Shown: positions 13,369 through 27,277, numbered from the stretch's first letter. The stretch is DNA of 64,000 bases from Octopus sinensis (GCF_006345805.1 NC_042997.1:65968001-66032000), one strand, 5' to 3'. The notes: generated from the letters alone by a model not told the origin. A program made the numbers and translations.

Positions 13369-13809
13369 GCTTTGATGATAGTAATACCAATTAACATCCA
13401 TCACATGATGTTAAGACAAGGACACACAGCGCAGACACCTCACACACACAAATATATATACATACATACATACATACACACACATATATATATATATATA
13501 TGCATCACCTCTACTACAAGACACCTATTTCTAGTTAGCTCTTCCACTGCAAGAGCCTTATTTTCCTCCCACTGTTCATATTCTAACCTCTCATCACCTG
13601 ACACAAAACCACATCCCTCAATACAACTCTTCATTTGGTTGAGGGGAGCCTTATCTTGTAAATTAACTAGTGACCTCACAGCTGTTGGTGCCATGTAAAA
13701 AGCACCCAGTATACTATGTAGGGTGGTTGATGTTAGGATGGGCATCCAGTTGCAGATACCTTCCCAAAAAAGACAGTAGTCTGGAACAGTTTTTTAACTT
13801 GCTAACAGA

Positions 13810-14935
13810 TATATTTACCAAAATTACATAAAAATATCTTGAAATACTAAAGAGTATATTTATTCAATAAAATCGCCATAGGCTTCAACCACGACTACCA
13901 GATGACTTTGGAATCACCACCAACTATCTGGATGGTCTTCTTGTTGAAGTTAGTGAATACTGCAATAATCTTTGCCTTCAGTTCATCTTTGGTGTTACAG
14001 GGAGTTTTGTTGGTCTTTCACTCAAGTGCACCCACACATAATAATCAAGGGGGTTGTATTCTGAGGAATTAGGTGGCCAGATGTTAGGGGTGATGTGGTT
14101 ACAGAAATTGTCTGACAACCATGACTGGGTTCTCCTGCTTGTGTGGCGTGGTGCAGAGTACTGTTGCCAGATGATAGGGTCTTCCAGCAGAGACTCTCTT
14201 GACCTAGGGCAGCACTACCTCCTCTAGGCACTTAATGTAGGCCTCCATGTTGAGTCTGAGGCTGTAGGAAGATGACTGGAAGCATAACATCTCCATCACT
14301 AGTGATCATTCCACACACCATGATGTTGACTGAATGGTTGATTATCACTCTCGGTATATGTTTTGGGGATATGGCAAGCCAACGGTTGTTCAGTGTGTTC
14401 ACCATCTGATCCTGGTAGAAATTTTTTCTCGTCTGAGAAAAACCAAAGCATGTTCAGTTGGAGTGGATGCTTGAGTTTGTTCAAAAGATTCATAGCACAG
14501 TCTTTCCTCTTGTTCTTGATGGCTTGAGATAAAAATTGGCCCTTTCTCATCTTGTATGAGGAATACCAATTGTCTTCATGCAATACCTGCCTGATAAGAA
14601 ATTCAGACACTCCTATGTCCCTGGCAGTGGACCTGATTGACTTGGAGGGATCATAGTCAATCATGGCCTCACCAACAAATTCAGGAGTTCTTTTCTTATC
14701 ACAATGATCAGAGTGAGTTTTCCGAGCTGCTTCATAATCACCATTAGATTCATTCCACACTTTCTGAATCCCCTGCACTGCCCTCAGATTGACATCCAAA
14801 CACTCTGAAATGTTACTACTGGATCTTCCTGTGCAAATATCAAGCTTAACAGCACATCGTTTCCAAATTTCTGGCAGAATGAATTGCATCATGGTGCTGT
14901 TTTTCTCACAGATGGTACCCAACTGACCCTACTAT
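13810..14935 (-). mobile_element. Decayed Tc1/mariner transposase, maT (DD37D) family
   Basis: Track ORF 14299-14922 gives the HTH region and WFFSDEK. A downstream frame gives WQQ[Y]SAPRH...WPPNSSEYNPL(D)YY, with 37 residues between the second and third catalytic positions; the second Asp is mutated and the frame is broken. Confidence 0.88.
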
Positions 14936-15032
14936 ATTGCATAGCTGACAAAATAAAAAAACAAATAATGCACATGAATGAAAAAAAAATGAAATAGCAA
15001 CAATTTACCCATTGCGCCCTGTATATATGTAT

Positions 15033-15087
<55 letters not shown>

Positions 15088-15222
15088 CATGTGTGTGTGT
15101 GTGTGTGTTTATATATATATATAACACATCAATATAAATTTCCAACCTATGCCAGCATGAAAAACAGACATTAAATGGCAATGATGATAGATACATACAC
15201 ATGTATGTATGTATGTGTGTGT

Positions 15223-15262
<40 letters not shown>

Positions 15263-15302
15263 CAGCTACATGCTTGCCTGACTGCTTGTGTATATATGTA
15301 TG

Positions 15303-15414
<112 letters not shown>

Positions 15415-16199
15415 TATATATATATGTATGTATTTATATATTCATTAAAAAAATCAGAAGGTCACATTTGATGATGAATTCATAAAACAAACAACCAATA
15501 TATACAGATATACTGAAGATGTCACATTCTCATAAATCAAATTTTACATCAATCAACTCATTTAAAGATATTTTAGTATTGTTGAGGATATCTGAGCCAC
15601 ACACATTAAGACAAAGTTAACAAACAAAAGAAGTACAAAAAGAATATTTGGCAACTAGAGTTGAATTATATCCAGAGCAGAGTTATTAGTTGTAAAACTA
15701 TTTTCATCTTGAGAGTGCCATGACAATCGTGGTCATTGCTGGTGTCATGTAAATGACACATGTGCCAGTAGAACGTAAAAGCACCCGTTACACTCTTGGA
15801 GTGGTTGGCATTAGGAAAGGCAGCCAATTGTAGAAACCATGACAAATCAGACTGGAACCTGGTGCAGCTCTCTGGTTCATCAGCTCCAGTCTAACCATCT
15901 AACCCATACCAGCATGGAGAACGAACATTAAATGATGACGATGATCTTAGCTTCCTTGAAAATCTCATCAGCTACATCATAATGTAAATCAGGTGAATGT
16001 TTTGAATTTAATATACCTGGATAAACTAGCTTTCTCAATGCCACACACACAGCTACATTACCTTTTATGTTCTTTTTTTTTTTCACTGAACCATAACTAT
16101 ACTGGGGCACTGCCTTGAAATTTTTTTTTTTTTTTGTCTTAGTCAAATAAATTAACCCCATTACTAATTTGTTTGCTTATTCTGTCAGGATCTTTTGCT

Positions 16200-17845
16200 A
16201 CAAAGCAAAGGTGACACCTGAGACAGAAATAATTACAAAGACATCAAATTGCTGGGTCAGGCGATGAAAGTCACAGAAAGGATCATAGCTCAATTAATTA
16301 GTGAGGGAGTTAGTGTAGATGAGATGCAGTTCGGATTTGTGCCAGGATTTATGCACAACTGATGCCATATTCCTGATTATGCATCTGTAGGAGAAATACT
16401 TAGCCAAAAATAAACCTCTGTACCTGGCTTTTGCCAACATGGAGAAAGCCTTTGACAGGGTCCCCTGCTCCCTTATCCGGTGGTCAATGCAGGATAGATG
16501 AGTGGTTAGTTAGAGTGGTACAAGTTATGTACAGGGATGCTGTCAGTAAGTTTGGCAATGAGTATAGCAATGAATGCAGTGTACAGGTATGAGTCCACTA
16601 AGGCTCAGTGCTATCTTAGTCCTCCAGGCCTTAGCAGAGGATTTTCAGGACCAGGTGCCTCAGGGAGCTCTTCTTGGATGATGGCCTTGTTCTTATAGCT
16701 GAATCACTACCTGACTTACAGAAGAAATTTCAGGTGTGGAAACAAGCTCTGGAATCTAAGGGCCTTAAGGTTAATTTAGCAAAAACCAAAGTCCTAATGA
16801 GCAGGAAATCAGACACATCACTCTCTGGGAGATTGCCCTGTTCGATATGTAAGACAGGTGTTGCTAGAAACTCCATATGTTGTACCCAATGCAAGCTTTT
16901 GACACACAAGAGGTGCAGCAGTATCAAAGGAAGGTTAATGGAGAATATAGTCTTTGTGTGTGGCAAATATGCAGGTACAATAAGCACTAAAAACATGCAG
17001 ACAATAGGTTCCCTCAAATGCTCAAATGGCTCATTAGAAGTAGTAGATAGCTTCTGTTATTTAAGAGACCAAGTTAGCAGTGAGGGAGGGAGTTCTGAAA
17101 GTGTAGTTGCTAGGATAAGAACAGACTTGGAAAAGTTCAGTGAGCTTCTACCTTTGTTGGTAACTAAGGGCCTCTTCCCCAGAGTGAAAGGCAGATTGTA
17201 TGATGCTTGTGGGCATACAGCTATGTTACTTGACAGTGGAACATGGGCTTTGACTACAGAGGACTTGCGAAAGTTTGAAAGAAATGAAGCTAGCGTGCTC
17301 TGCTGGATGGGTAATGTCAGTGTGCATGCATGACAGAGTATAAATGATTTAAGAGGAAAACTGGGCAGAAAAAGGCATCAAATGCTGTGTGCAAGAAAGA
17401 ACACTGCATTGGTTTGGTCATGGATGAGAACAGCTGCATAAAGAAGTGCTGAGCTCTAATTGAGGAAGGTACCTGTGGAAGGGGTAAACTCAGGAAGATA
17501 TGGGACAAAGTGGTGAGAAAGGATCTTCAGATGCTGGGCTTTACTGAGGAAATGACAAGGGACTGGAAGATGTGGCAATTTGCTGTACTTGGTAAGACAG
17601 TGCTGCATTAGTGCACCCATGCTGGTGCTACATAAATAGACCCATTCCGGTGGCATATAAAATGCACCAAACACACTCTGTAAGGTGGTTGGCATTAGGA
17701 AAAGCATTCAGCCATAGAAACTATGTCTTAATAGACAGATGGAGTCAGGACAGCTCCCTGTAGGCCAGCTCCACATCAAACCATCCAATCCAAGCTAGCA
17801 TGGAAAGCATATATTAAATGATGATGATGATAATGATGATGATAT
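16200..17845 (+). mobile_element. 5'-truncated RTE-clade LINE relic (RT, Cys-rich finger, 3' UTR with (GAT)n tail)
   Basis: QFGFVPG, EKAFDRVP and DDGLVLIAES...GLKVNLAKTKVL RT motifs; CSIC...CTQC...HKRC; 3' UTR ggttggcattaggaaaagcattcagcc followed by gatgatgat. Confidence 0.9.
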
Positions 17846-18045
17846 ACTAGTTTTTCTTGCATTAGATTAAATATGTTACAATCTGACTTGATACCTGCTG
17901 TCTGCTTGTAGGCTTATGTTCTGTTTTATATATATATAGATATAAATACTGTATGGCACCTTAGGCAAGTGACTTCTATTATAGCCTCAGGCCAACCAAA
18001 GCTTTATGAGTAGATTTGGTAGACAGAAACTGAAAGAAGCCCATC

Positions 18046-18076
<31 letters not shown>

Positions 18077-18677
18077 CCTTTGTGTCTGTGTTTGTTCCAC
18101 AGCATCATTTGACAAATAGTGTTGGTGTGTTTATATCCCTGTAACTTAGCGATTCAACAAAGAAAAAACTGATAGAATAAGTAGCATGCTTAAGAAAAAC
18201 AAGTCCTGGGCTCAAGTTGTTCAAATAAAAACCCATCAAGGCTGTGAACCAGCATGGCTGCAGTCAAATGACTGAAACAAGTAAAAGATAAAATATATAT
18301 ATATGGTGCCCCAGCATGGCCGCAGCCTCAAGGCTGAAACATATAAAAGAATACACACACATATACACATATGTATATACAAAGAGATATAGACACACAC
18401 ACACACATACATACATACATACTACACAATGAGTTTCCACAGTTTCTGTTTATTAAGTTCACTCATCAAGCATTGGTCAGTCTCGGACCTTAGTGCAAAA
18501 ATATTTGCCCAAGGTGCCAAGCAGTAGGATTGAACCAGAATGAACATGGTTACAAAGTGAGCTTCTTAACCACATAGGCATTCCAGGTACCTGCATGAAA
18601 CTTTCTAAAAATGCAATTATGTTAGCAGGATCAGGGAAAAAATAGTGAAGAAGACATAAAAGTATTAATAGACTAAC

Positions 18678-19008
18678 CAAGGCAAAAATGCATGTAAAAT
18701 TCTAAATGTTCGCGGTTTCAAGAGCTTTTCCTTTCGTAAGTAATCCAAAAGAGCTTGAGCTGGCTGTTCTGACAAGCCATGTAAAGGTACAGTGTGCTCC
18801 TTCGGATTCAGGAAGTGTGCAGCAATGTATTGAAGACATAACTGTGCCAAAGAGGGCACCGACGGACTGTAATGATGATGATGATGATGATGACGATGAT
18901 GATGGTGCTGGTGTTGTTGTTGCTGTTGATTATGATGATGGTGTCGCTGCTGTGAAGAGGGGCTCCGACTTCTGGATTGATGTTCATGACGGGTGTTTGC
19001 AGCAGCCA
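18678..19008 (-). CDS. Exon D: His/Gln tract, BC-box-like SLAQLCLQYI, pre-LRR helical region
   Basis: Acceptor tttctcttctag and donor gttagt. 331 nt, phase 1 to phase 2. Matches track ORF 18665-19009 (AAANTRHEHQ...VPSLAQLCLQYIAAHF...LLDYLRKEKLLKPRTFRILHAFLP). Confidence 0.9.
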
Positions 19009-19100
19009 CTAGAAGAGAAATAAGAGATACACATATCAGAAGGAAAAAAAAAAATCATTGAAACCTCAACCTCAAAAAGATTTAGCATTACACAACAGCA

Positions 19101-19192
<92 letters not shown>

Positions 19193-19937
19193 CTATATTA
19201 AATCTCTGAGTGAGAGGTAAACAGTAACAAGACAGAATCATAAAATATATTTGCCAACTAAATGTGGCAGTTCCATAGAGGACTATGTTGCTGTTGTTTT
19301 TAGCCCCAGGAAGGCATCTCCTCCAGCTGGCTAACGACACACTGTCTGTGTCTGATTAGTATTTGCAAGGGGAGGTCATCGTTCCCATCTCTAGCCTCAC
19401 GTGATACATGTGATAAGGCTAGATATGGAAGTGATGACCTCCCCTCACAAATACTAATTGGACACAGTATGTCATTAGCCAGCTGGATGTCTTCCTGGAG
19501 CTAAAGACAACAGTAACATAATTCTCTATGGGACCACCACATTTACTTGGCAAATATATTTTATGATATCTGTTTGTTGTTTACACACCTGTCTTTGTCT
19601 TTTGTGTTTTTTTGTAAATCTCACTATATATATATATATATATATATAACATACAGAATATAAAGAAAGACAGGAGGTATGAAATGAATATATATACATA
19701 TATTTACATATATGTATATATTTCCCCAGTTGATATCCATAGGATGACAGCTGTTTTGCAGCTAACATCATGCAAAATTTTTTTGTTTTTGTATAACAAA
19801 TCACTAGTGTGTATGCTATAAATTGCATATTACAATTGGACATTTTACAGAAAAAAAATGCAACTATAGAAGGCTAGCACTTCAGATCAACAGAATATCA
19901 AGGTTACATCAATTTTTCATCTTCAGTATACAAAGAA

Positions 19938-19977
<40 letters not shown>

Positions 19978-21849
19978 GAAACAGAAGCAGCACTAGTATA
20001 ATAAACATTATGAACTACACATTAACTGCATGTATTTGCTAACAGGCCGCAATTTAGTAGAGTGGAGAATACTTTCTCAAAATGCCTGAAAGTCATGAAC
20101 AGGCAAGATAATACTCTTCTAATGACATCCAGGAGTAGACATTGATGTTTTCACATTTTTGTGGCTTATTAACATCGCATACTCAAACGGGACCACAGAT
20201 GAATCATTTTGCCTGTCTATGACTTATATGAATATAGTGTGAAAGCTATGTGCTGGTATGCCTGCATGATACATATGTAAAAATAAATTCAAATATGAAA
20301 TAGAAGCAGTACTAGTGTAATAAACATTATCAACCACATATACTTAATGAATATGCCTGGCATATTTGCTGGTAGGCTGCAATCTTGTTTAGTGGAGAAT
20401 ACTCTCTCAAAGCACCAGGTATTAGAAAATTTGAAAGTCTTGGACAGGCGAGATAGCTCACCTCTAATCTCATCCAGGAGTCATGGACTGGCAAAATGAT
20501 TTATTTGCAATCCTGTTCAGGTACCTGAAGTTAATAAGCCCCAGAAATGGTGTAACATTAATGTCCATCAATGGAAATCAATGTAGGCATATTCCAGGGT
20601 CTGATTTACTTGACACAGTAATAAGCTCCTTTATTAATATATATAAAGAATGCCACACATTTGAACCTAGCAGCATATATTTCCAGTTGTTTAACTGGAA
20701 TTGTGTAATAAAAAAAACAAATCGCTTGTTACATTTAATGCTTCAAAGGCCATCACTATCATGAAATTTCTGACCTTCCCCCAATAGGACTGTTTGAAAG
20801 AGTTTCCTTGTTTAGCTACACTGTATGCATTCAATTCACATTTGTTTTGAGTTGGAACATCTACAGTACATTTGCTGCCAAAGAGGCAGCACAGCTACAA
20901 TGGTGGGCTTATTCTGCAATCCCCTCCAAAAGATTCCAGCACTTGAAGTCCTGTAGAATCTCTATAAGTGCCAGGTCCACCCAAAAATGGTGTGCTGCTC
21001 ACACATTTGGACAAGTTCCTCTAAATATATACAATCCACTCTTGAATCAAATACATAGTTAAGTTGGTGACAAGATCGTTTTGAAACTCTATTCTTTTAC
21101 TGACATAATGTTGCCAGGCTGGCCCTTTTCTACTATTACTTCTATAGAAGGTGTTGTGATAAACTTCATTCCCTAGCTCCTCCAGTTTGGAGAGTTTCCC
21201 ATCAGAACTAAGTTTGCCAAATTCAATAGATGACACAGATGTTTCCTAAATATTTTACACTACAAAAAGTAAAGAAAAGAAAACTGCCAGGTCTTCAGAC
21301 ATTTACCAGCATTATCTTTGTCTGTCAGACATTATACTTGTTGTAGAGAGATGAAGATTGGCAGTGTACTGGGATTTTATTATACACAAGTAATTAGTGT
21401 GTTCTTGACAAATATCAAATAACGAAATTGCACTAATGAATGTAATCAGGTTGTACTTTTGAAAAATTTCTTTGTAATACTTTTCAAGACAGCTAGAACA
21501 AACATTAAATTACTAGTGTGTTGACAGTATTTCATCTCACTGTTATAATATAGTTACTTTGTAATAAATATTAGATTAAAGAGTTGGGGAAGTGGCAAGA
21601 AGTCGGGATGTGGGCTATATACCTTGTATTATTTAGTTACATGTCTTTTCATTCTAAGTTCAAAATCTGCTAAGATTCCTTTCACCTTTCATCCAACTAA
21701 TAGCAACAGGAAATAGGCACTGCTCCTGTACAAAACTGATTATCCTGACTTAACCTTCTCACTGAGCATATAAGGCTTTGAGTTAAGATTATAAATCAGT
21801 AACTATCAGATCCAAAGAAATTACTCTTTAATACAATGCCAAAAGAAAA

Positions 21850-22600
21850 CAATAGTACAACAGCCTAAAATATCCCCCAATATATAACTAGTATATATTT
21901 CATCAACATTATTGATTAAAGACAATTTTAAATCTATCATTAGTTTAGCTAAGAGAGGCACAACTAAATACTAAAAACTATTTAATCATGTATGTAATAC
22001 TATATACAGCAATTTCTCACTTTATAACACAATCCCAGTTAGGTCACTGGGAAGATCTTCTGCTAGGTCCAAGTGTGTGGCATTCTTTATATATTAATAA
22101 AGGATCTTATTATTGTGTCAAGTAAATCATTGATAAACAGCAGGAAGAGTGTAGGTTCCAGGACAGATCCCTGGAATATGCTTACACTGATTTTATAAAT
22201 ACCACTGTTGACAGCAACTTCAGAACTTCTTCCTATCAGAAATGATTTAATGGTAAAGAAGACTACTAGTTATGCCATACTTGGTCGGGTTTTGAAGTGG
22301 TCTTTTATGCTACACTTTGTCAAAAAAATTGAAGATGTCTTAGGTATTAAAGCTGGTATCTTGTGTACTACTTATTCTATGGATGATAACTTTGGGTATG
22401 TTAGCAATATTTAGAAGAAATTCAAACAATTCCAATCTCATTCTAGGTACTGTTATTCTCCTTTAGTAAGATGCTTTCTTTGTTTCAGTCTATTGAGTCA
22501 ACAATGGATACCCCAACTACTCCACAATTGTGGGCTTAGAAGCAGAAATGACATCCCAGCTGCCAATTTTTTTTACTTCAATGATAGGCAATATCTTCTT
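21850..22600 (-). mobile_element. Decayed CR1-like LINE RT fragment
   Basis: Minus strand near 22175-22120 reads QGSVLEPTLFLLFINDLLD (consensus QGSVLGPLLFLIYINDL). Boundaries are approximate. Confidence 0.7.
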
Positions 22601-23524
22601 TTTTTCAAACCTACAGATATCAATATAGGGCAAATAGATATATAGTTAGATTTTAGTATTAGATGTGGAATTTAGACATTTTGATTTCAAATCCTGCCAA
22701 GGTCAACTTTTCATCCCACTTAAGTTGATTAAATAATCCCCTTCTCTCATAACTACTGGCTTTGTGCTCAAATCAAAAATAATATTAGATATCAAGATCA
22801 CATGCAATGCCAATATTCAGAATCAAACCAATCTGAATATTTCAATGAATTTCAGTAATTCTCTGACTGAGATAAAGAAGAGAACAATTCACAAGGTAGA
22901 AGCACTAAGCAGTGATGTACATTATATACATGGTTATTACCAGTTCAAATATACTCGGGGAATATTTGGACCCATAAGAAAGTCATTGACTGTATTTTGT
23001 CCTGGAGAAATTTGCCACTGTAGACAAATGGTGTACATACACCAAGATCAGCTTACAGCACAACCTACCCAGACTGCGAAATGCAAGCATTTTGGCATGG
23101 TTATCTCCTCTTCAGTCAAAGAAACTGGAAAGGGTGAATTGTAAGCTGACAAGAGAGATTGTCTCTGTTATGACATTCCCATCATCGTACAATGACTGGT
23201 AGTGCTAATCGGTGGCTCACTGCAAACAAATTACTAAATAGCAGTGACGTGTATAAATACAAAGTTACTTCCAGTTCAAATATGCTTGAGGAATATTCCA
23301 ACCTGCAAGAAAGCCATTCACTTTGTTTTGTCATGGAGTAATTTGTTGCTGCAGACAAACGATGTAAATACTGAGTTGATTTAAGTGTATTTACACTGTT
23401 TGTCTACAGTGATAAATTTTCTCCACAACAAAACACAGTGAATGGCTTTCTTAAGGGTTTGAATACGCCCCCAAGCATATTTGAACTGGTAAAGACTTGT
23501 TAGAGAAGAGAAGAACATACTTAC

Positions 23525-23638
23525 CAGCAAGCTCCCTCATGTGGCTGGTGTTTGGTTCTGGAAGCGTTTCACTTCTAGGATCTCCTTCAGGAAGAAGTCT
23601 CATCCCTACGCCACTAAACACACCTGTGCGTAGTTCAG
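23525..23638 (-). CDS. Exon C: (A)ELRTGVFSGVGMRLLPEGDPRSETLPEPNTSHMRELA, with SHP-box-like FSGVGMRL
   Basis: Acceptor tttcattctttgtttcag and donor gtaagt. 114 nt, phase 1-1, in frame with both neighbours. Confidence 0.9.
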
Positions 23639-24765
23639 CTGAAACAAAGAATGAAACACTATAGCAACCTTTTAAAGATATACCTTTCATTAGGATCTGA
23701 CTATATTTACTAGATATAAACTGCAAGTGAATCCCCCTTACAGCACACCACACTATCTTTAAAAACAAGGACATATTAACCTTTATTATCCTAAGGGCAG
23801 AAAGAATCTAACAAAACCTATGAAATTAGGGGATCAAGTCTGTTTTTATCAAACTTAGATATCGGTGAAATTTCAACTTCATTGAATTAAAGGATTTCTG
23901 TTTTCTCAAATGGTCTACATTTGTAGACATTGAAATGCTACAGGGGTTAAAAATCAGAAAATTAAATCAAAGTATGTGTTGTAATTCTGAACAAATCTAT
24001 TGCTTTTACTCCATCACATAAGAAAAATATATGTTTATAAAACAGTTTTGCAACAAATGGATAACACATCCTGTCTTTTCTTGATTTCCATTTTCTCAAG
24101 TTTGCAACCAATCTAAAATATTTAAATGACACCAACAATCTGATTGTCTGCCAAAAATAAATGGAACAGACCTATATATATGCATGTGTATAACATCTGA
24201 CAATAAACTGTTCTAAGATAAATAATATGCAACGTCTACAATTGTAGACATTGAGATAAAATGGGTTAAACAATGTAGATCTAGGTACACTATTCTTGGG
24301 AACAAAACAAGTTGATCATGCCTATGAGGCCTTTCTTCATAGGTCAGTTAACTGATGCCATTAACAACAATAACAAAAACAGCAACCTTATTATTATAAA
24401 TCAAATAAAACTTTACTGAAGTATAATGTCATAATGTTTGTAGAGTGGTTTTGTTCCACTGGCATATAATGAAATAGATAACCTTATCTGATGAGAGGTT
24501 AATGGACCATAAATATATCAGGAAAAACTACTTTATTTATCTGTACGCCAAGAAAATATCAAAAGTCAAAAACAGCCATCTGGGAATCCAATAGGCAGAA
24601 AAGCACTGGGCAGATACGGTATTTTCACACCTTTTACCATAAGAGAGATTATTTTCTCCATGGTAACTGCAGTGGATTTGCCTTGAGAAGTTAAAATCTC
24701 TCACAGACACATTTTAGCTAACCTAAAGTTGGTTTGTTCCTAATCACTGCATGGCACTGATACTG

Positions 24766-24769
<4 letters not shown>

Positions 24770-24841
<72 letters not shown>

Positions 24842-24865
24842 TATGTATATATATATATGTATATA

Positions 24866-24904
<39 letters not shown>

Positions 24905-24907
24905 TTT

Positions 24908-24939
<32 letters not shown>

Positions 24940-25110
24940 ATATATATACTAAGTAATTAAGGGTTTAGTAACGATTTGCCTCACCACACACCAAATTTAG
25001 AAATATAATTGATATATATATAGATAGATAGATAGATAGATATGTATATATACATATATACATGTATATATATATTTATATATATATACATATATATACA
25101 CATGTGTGTG

Positions 25111-25145
<35 letters not shown>
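24770..25145. repeat. (TA)n/(GA)n/(TAGA)n compound microsatellite
   Basis: Seen directly. Confidence 0.95.
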
Positions 25146-25149
<4 letters not shown>

Positions 25150-25150
<1 letters not shown>

Positions 25151-25491
25151 AGGTAAAGACCCCCTTCGGTCATGAATGACCATGGGATTGCACCTAGAAA
25201 GTTACCCTCCTAGACACAAGTCCGGGCAAGGTTGTTTATGGAAGACCAGCAGTCGCCCATGCATACCAGCCTCCCCTCTCCACGCCACCAGTGTTATCCA
25301 AGGGAAAGACAAAGGTCGATACAGCTTGGCACCAGTGACGTTGCAACTCATTTCTACAGCTGAGTGAACTGGAGCAACGTGAAATAAAGTGCTTTGCTCA
25401 AGAACACAACACGCAGCCAGGTCCGGGATTCGAGCTCACAACCTCACGATCGTAAGCTCGACGCTCTAACCACTAAGCCATGCGCCTTCAC
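25150..25491 (-). mobile_element. Full-length tRNA-derived SINE
   Basis: Minus-strand head gtgaaggcgcatggcttagtggttagagcg (A box) ... gagctcgaatccc (B-box-like), followed by a body shared with 2560-2790. A related head lies at about 48440-48525. Confidence 0.85.
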
Positions 25492-25492
25492 G

Positions 25493-25493
<1 letters not shown>

Positions 25494-25550
<57 letters not shown>

Positions 25551-25699
25551 CATATATATAACATGTGTATATATATATACATATATATACATGTATATAT
25601 ATTATACATATATATACATGTATATATATATATACATATATATACATGTATATATATATATACATATATATACATATATATATATACATACACATATAT

Positions 25700-25730
<31 letters not shown>

Positions 25731-25954
25731 CATATATATACATGTATATATATATATATACATACACATATATATACATGTATATACATATATATATATA
25801 TAATATACATATATAACATGTATATATATATATAATATATATACATGTATATACATGTATATATATATATATATACATATATATACATGTATATATATAT
25901 ATACATATATATACATGTTATATATATATATATATATATATATAATACATATAT

Positions 25955-25993
<39 letters not shown>

Positions 25994-25994
25994 T

Positions 25995-26037
<43 letters not shown>
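25494..26037. repeat. (TA)n array punctuated by CATG/CATA units
   Basis: Recurrent tatatacatgtatata; a sister array lies at 27277-27630. Confidence 0.95.
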
Positions 26038-26039
<2 letters not shown>

Positions 26040-26999
26040 GATTCACAGCGATGTCTATTAGCAAGCTAAGATTTCTCCCTTCTTTTTCATACATACATAC
26101 ATTTGCCTACCGTTTAAATGTTTTGAACTTATACCACCAACGTGCTTAGCTTTCCTTTTTCTTTCTCTATGCTACCCTAAAAACATCGCCATTTCCGCCC
26201 GTTTCTCTAAAGTACCTTCAATCCTTTAATTCCATCTTCACCATCCGCGGTGCCTTCAAACCCAAAATCGCCAATATTAGCCCCAACCAAACTTCCTTCT
26301 TCCCCAACTCAGAGTTCTGGTCAATCTATTTATATTGCACCTTCTCTCCCCACTCCTATCATTTCTTCTCCGATTCACAGCGATGTCTATTAGCAAGCTA
26401 AGATTTCTCCCTTCTTTTTCATACATACATACATTTGCCTACCGTTTAAATGTTTTGAACTTATACCACCAACGTGCTTTGCTTTCCTTTTTCTTTCTCT
26501 ATGCTACCCTAAAAACATCGCCATTTCCGCCCGTTTCTCTAAAGTACCTTCAATCCTCTAATTCCATCTTCACCATTCGCGGTGCGCCCACCCTTTCCCA
26601 CCCCCACCACCAATACCGGTGAACACTGTTCTCACTGTTCACACCATCTACACTGGATATGCCCTCCCCCACCACCATTATGTGTGTCTCTCCCTCCTAC
26701 CTCTCCTCCTCACATGCTTTCACTGTGTATTACCCCCCCCACCAAGACAAGCAGCTAGCGCCGCAGCTCATCAACCCCCCCACCTATCCTACGTTTCCTC
26801 CTGTTTTTGAATCTGTCACTGCCTCAACCGGCAATCTCCTTCCAGTCCCCTCCCCCTCTCATGATGTCCTACGTTTTATTTCCTACGAACCTGCATCAAC
26901 CCTAGCTGTCATCGTTCCTCCTTACCCCAACCCTCCCCACTGGTGCTTCCCTATATTACCTGCACCCCCAAAAAGCACCATCCGAAAGTGGCCGATGCC

Positions 27000-27277
27000 A
27001 GCGCCGCCTTGGCTGGCTTCCGTGCCGCTGGCACGTTAAAAGCTCGAACCGATCGTGACCGATGCCAGACCTACCCTGGCACCTGTGCAGGTGGCACGTA
27101 AAAAGCACCCACTACACTCACGGAGTGGTTGGCGTTAGGAAGGGCATCCAGCCGTAGAAACTCTGCCAGATCAGACTGGAGCCTGGAGCAGCCCCCGGCT
27201 TCCCAGACCCCGGTCAAACCATCCAACCCGTGCTAGCGCGGAAAACAGACGTTAAACGATGATGATGATGATGATGA
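27000..27277 (+). mobile_element. RTE-type 3' tail element (young copy) ending in (GAT)n
   Basis: ggtggcacgtaaaaagcaccc...ggttggcgttaggaagggcatccagcc...gttaaacgatgatgatg, homologous to the 3' end of the LINE at 17600-17845. Other copies lie at 15740-15945, 34120-34300, 39990-40260, 46000-46200, 49370-49590 (+) and 50130-50330, 50450-50790 (-). Confidence 0.85.

Noticed and set aside
15928-16161. 77-aa minus-strand ORF (...LRKLVYPGILNSKHSPDLHYDVADEIFKEAK), as an exon between D and E
   Set aside because: No convincing acceptor/donor pair in phase 2, and exons D and E already join into a coherent sequence.
19980-20470. Degenerate direct repeat (about 19985-20135 versus 20300-20480)
   Set aside because: Old, low-identity duplication within decayed repeat sequence, with no sign of function.
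21021-21236. 71-aa minus-strand ORF with plausible acceptors, as an extra exon between C and D
   Set aside because: Both candidate acceptors give stops in the required phase 1, and there is no phase-1 donor; it lies among LINE-like relics.
25400-25491. tRNA gene
   Set aside because: It has A/B boxes but continues into a dispersed SINE body and lacks a complete cloverleaf.
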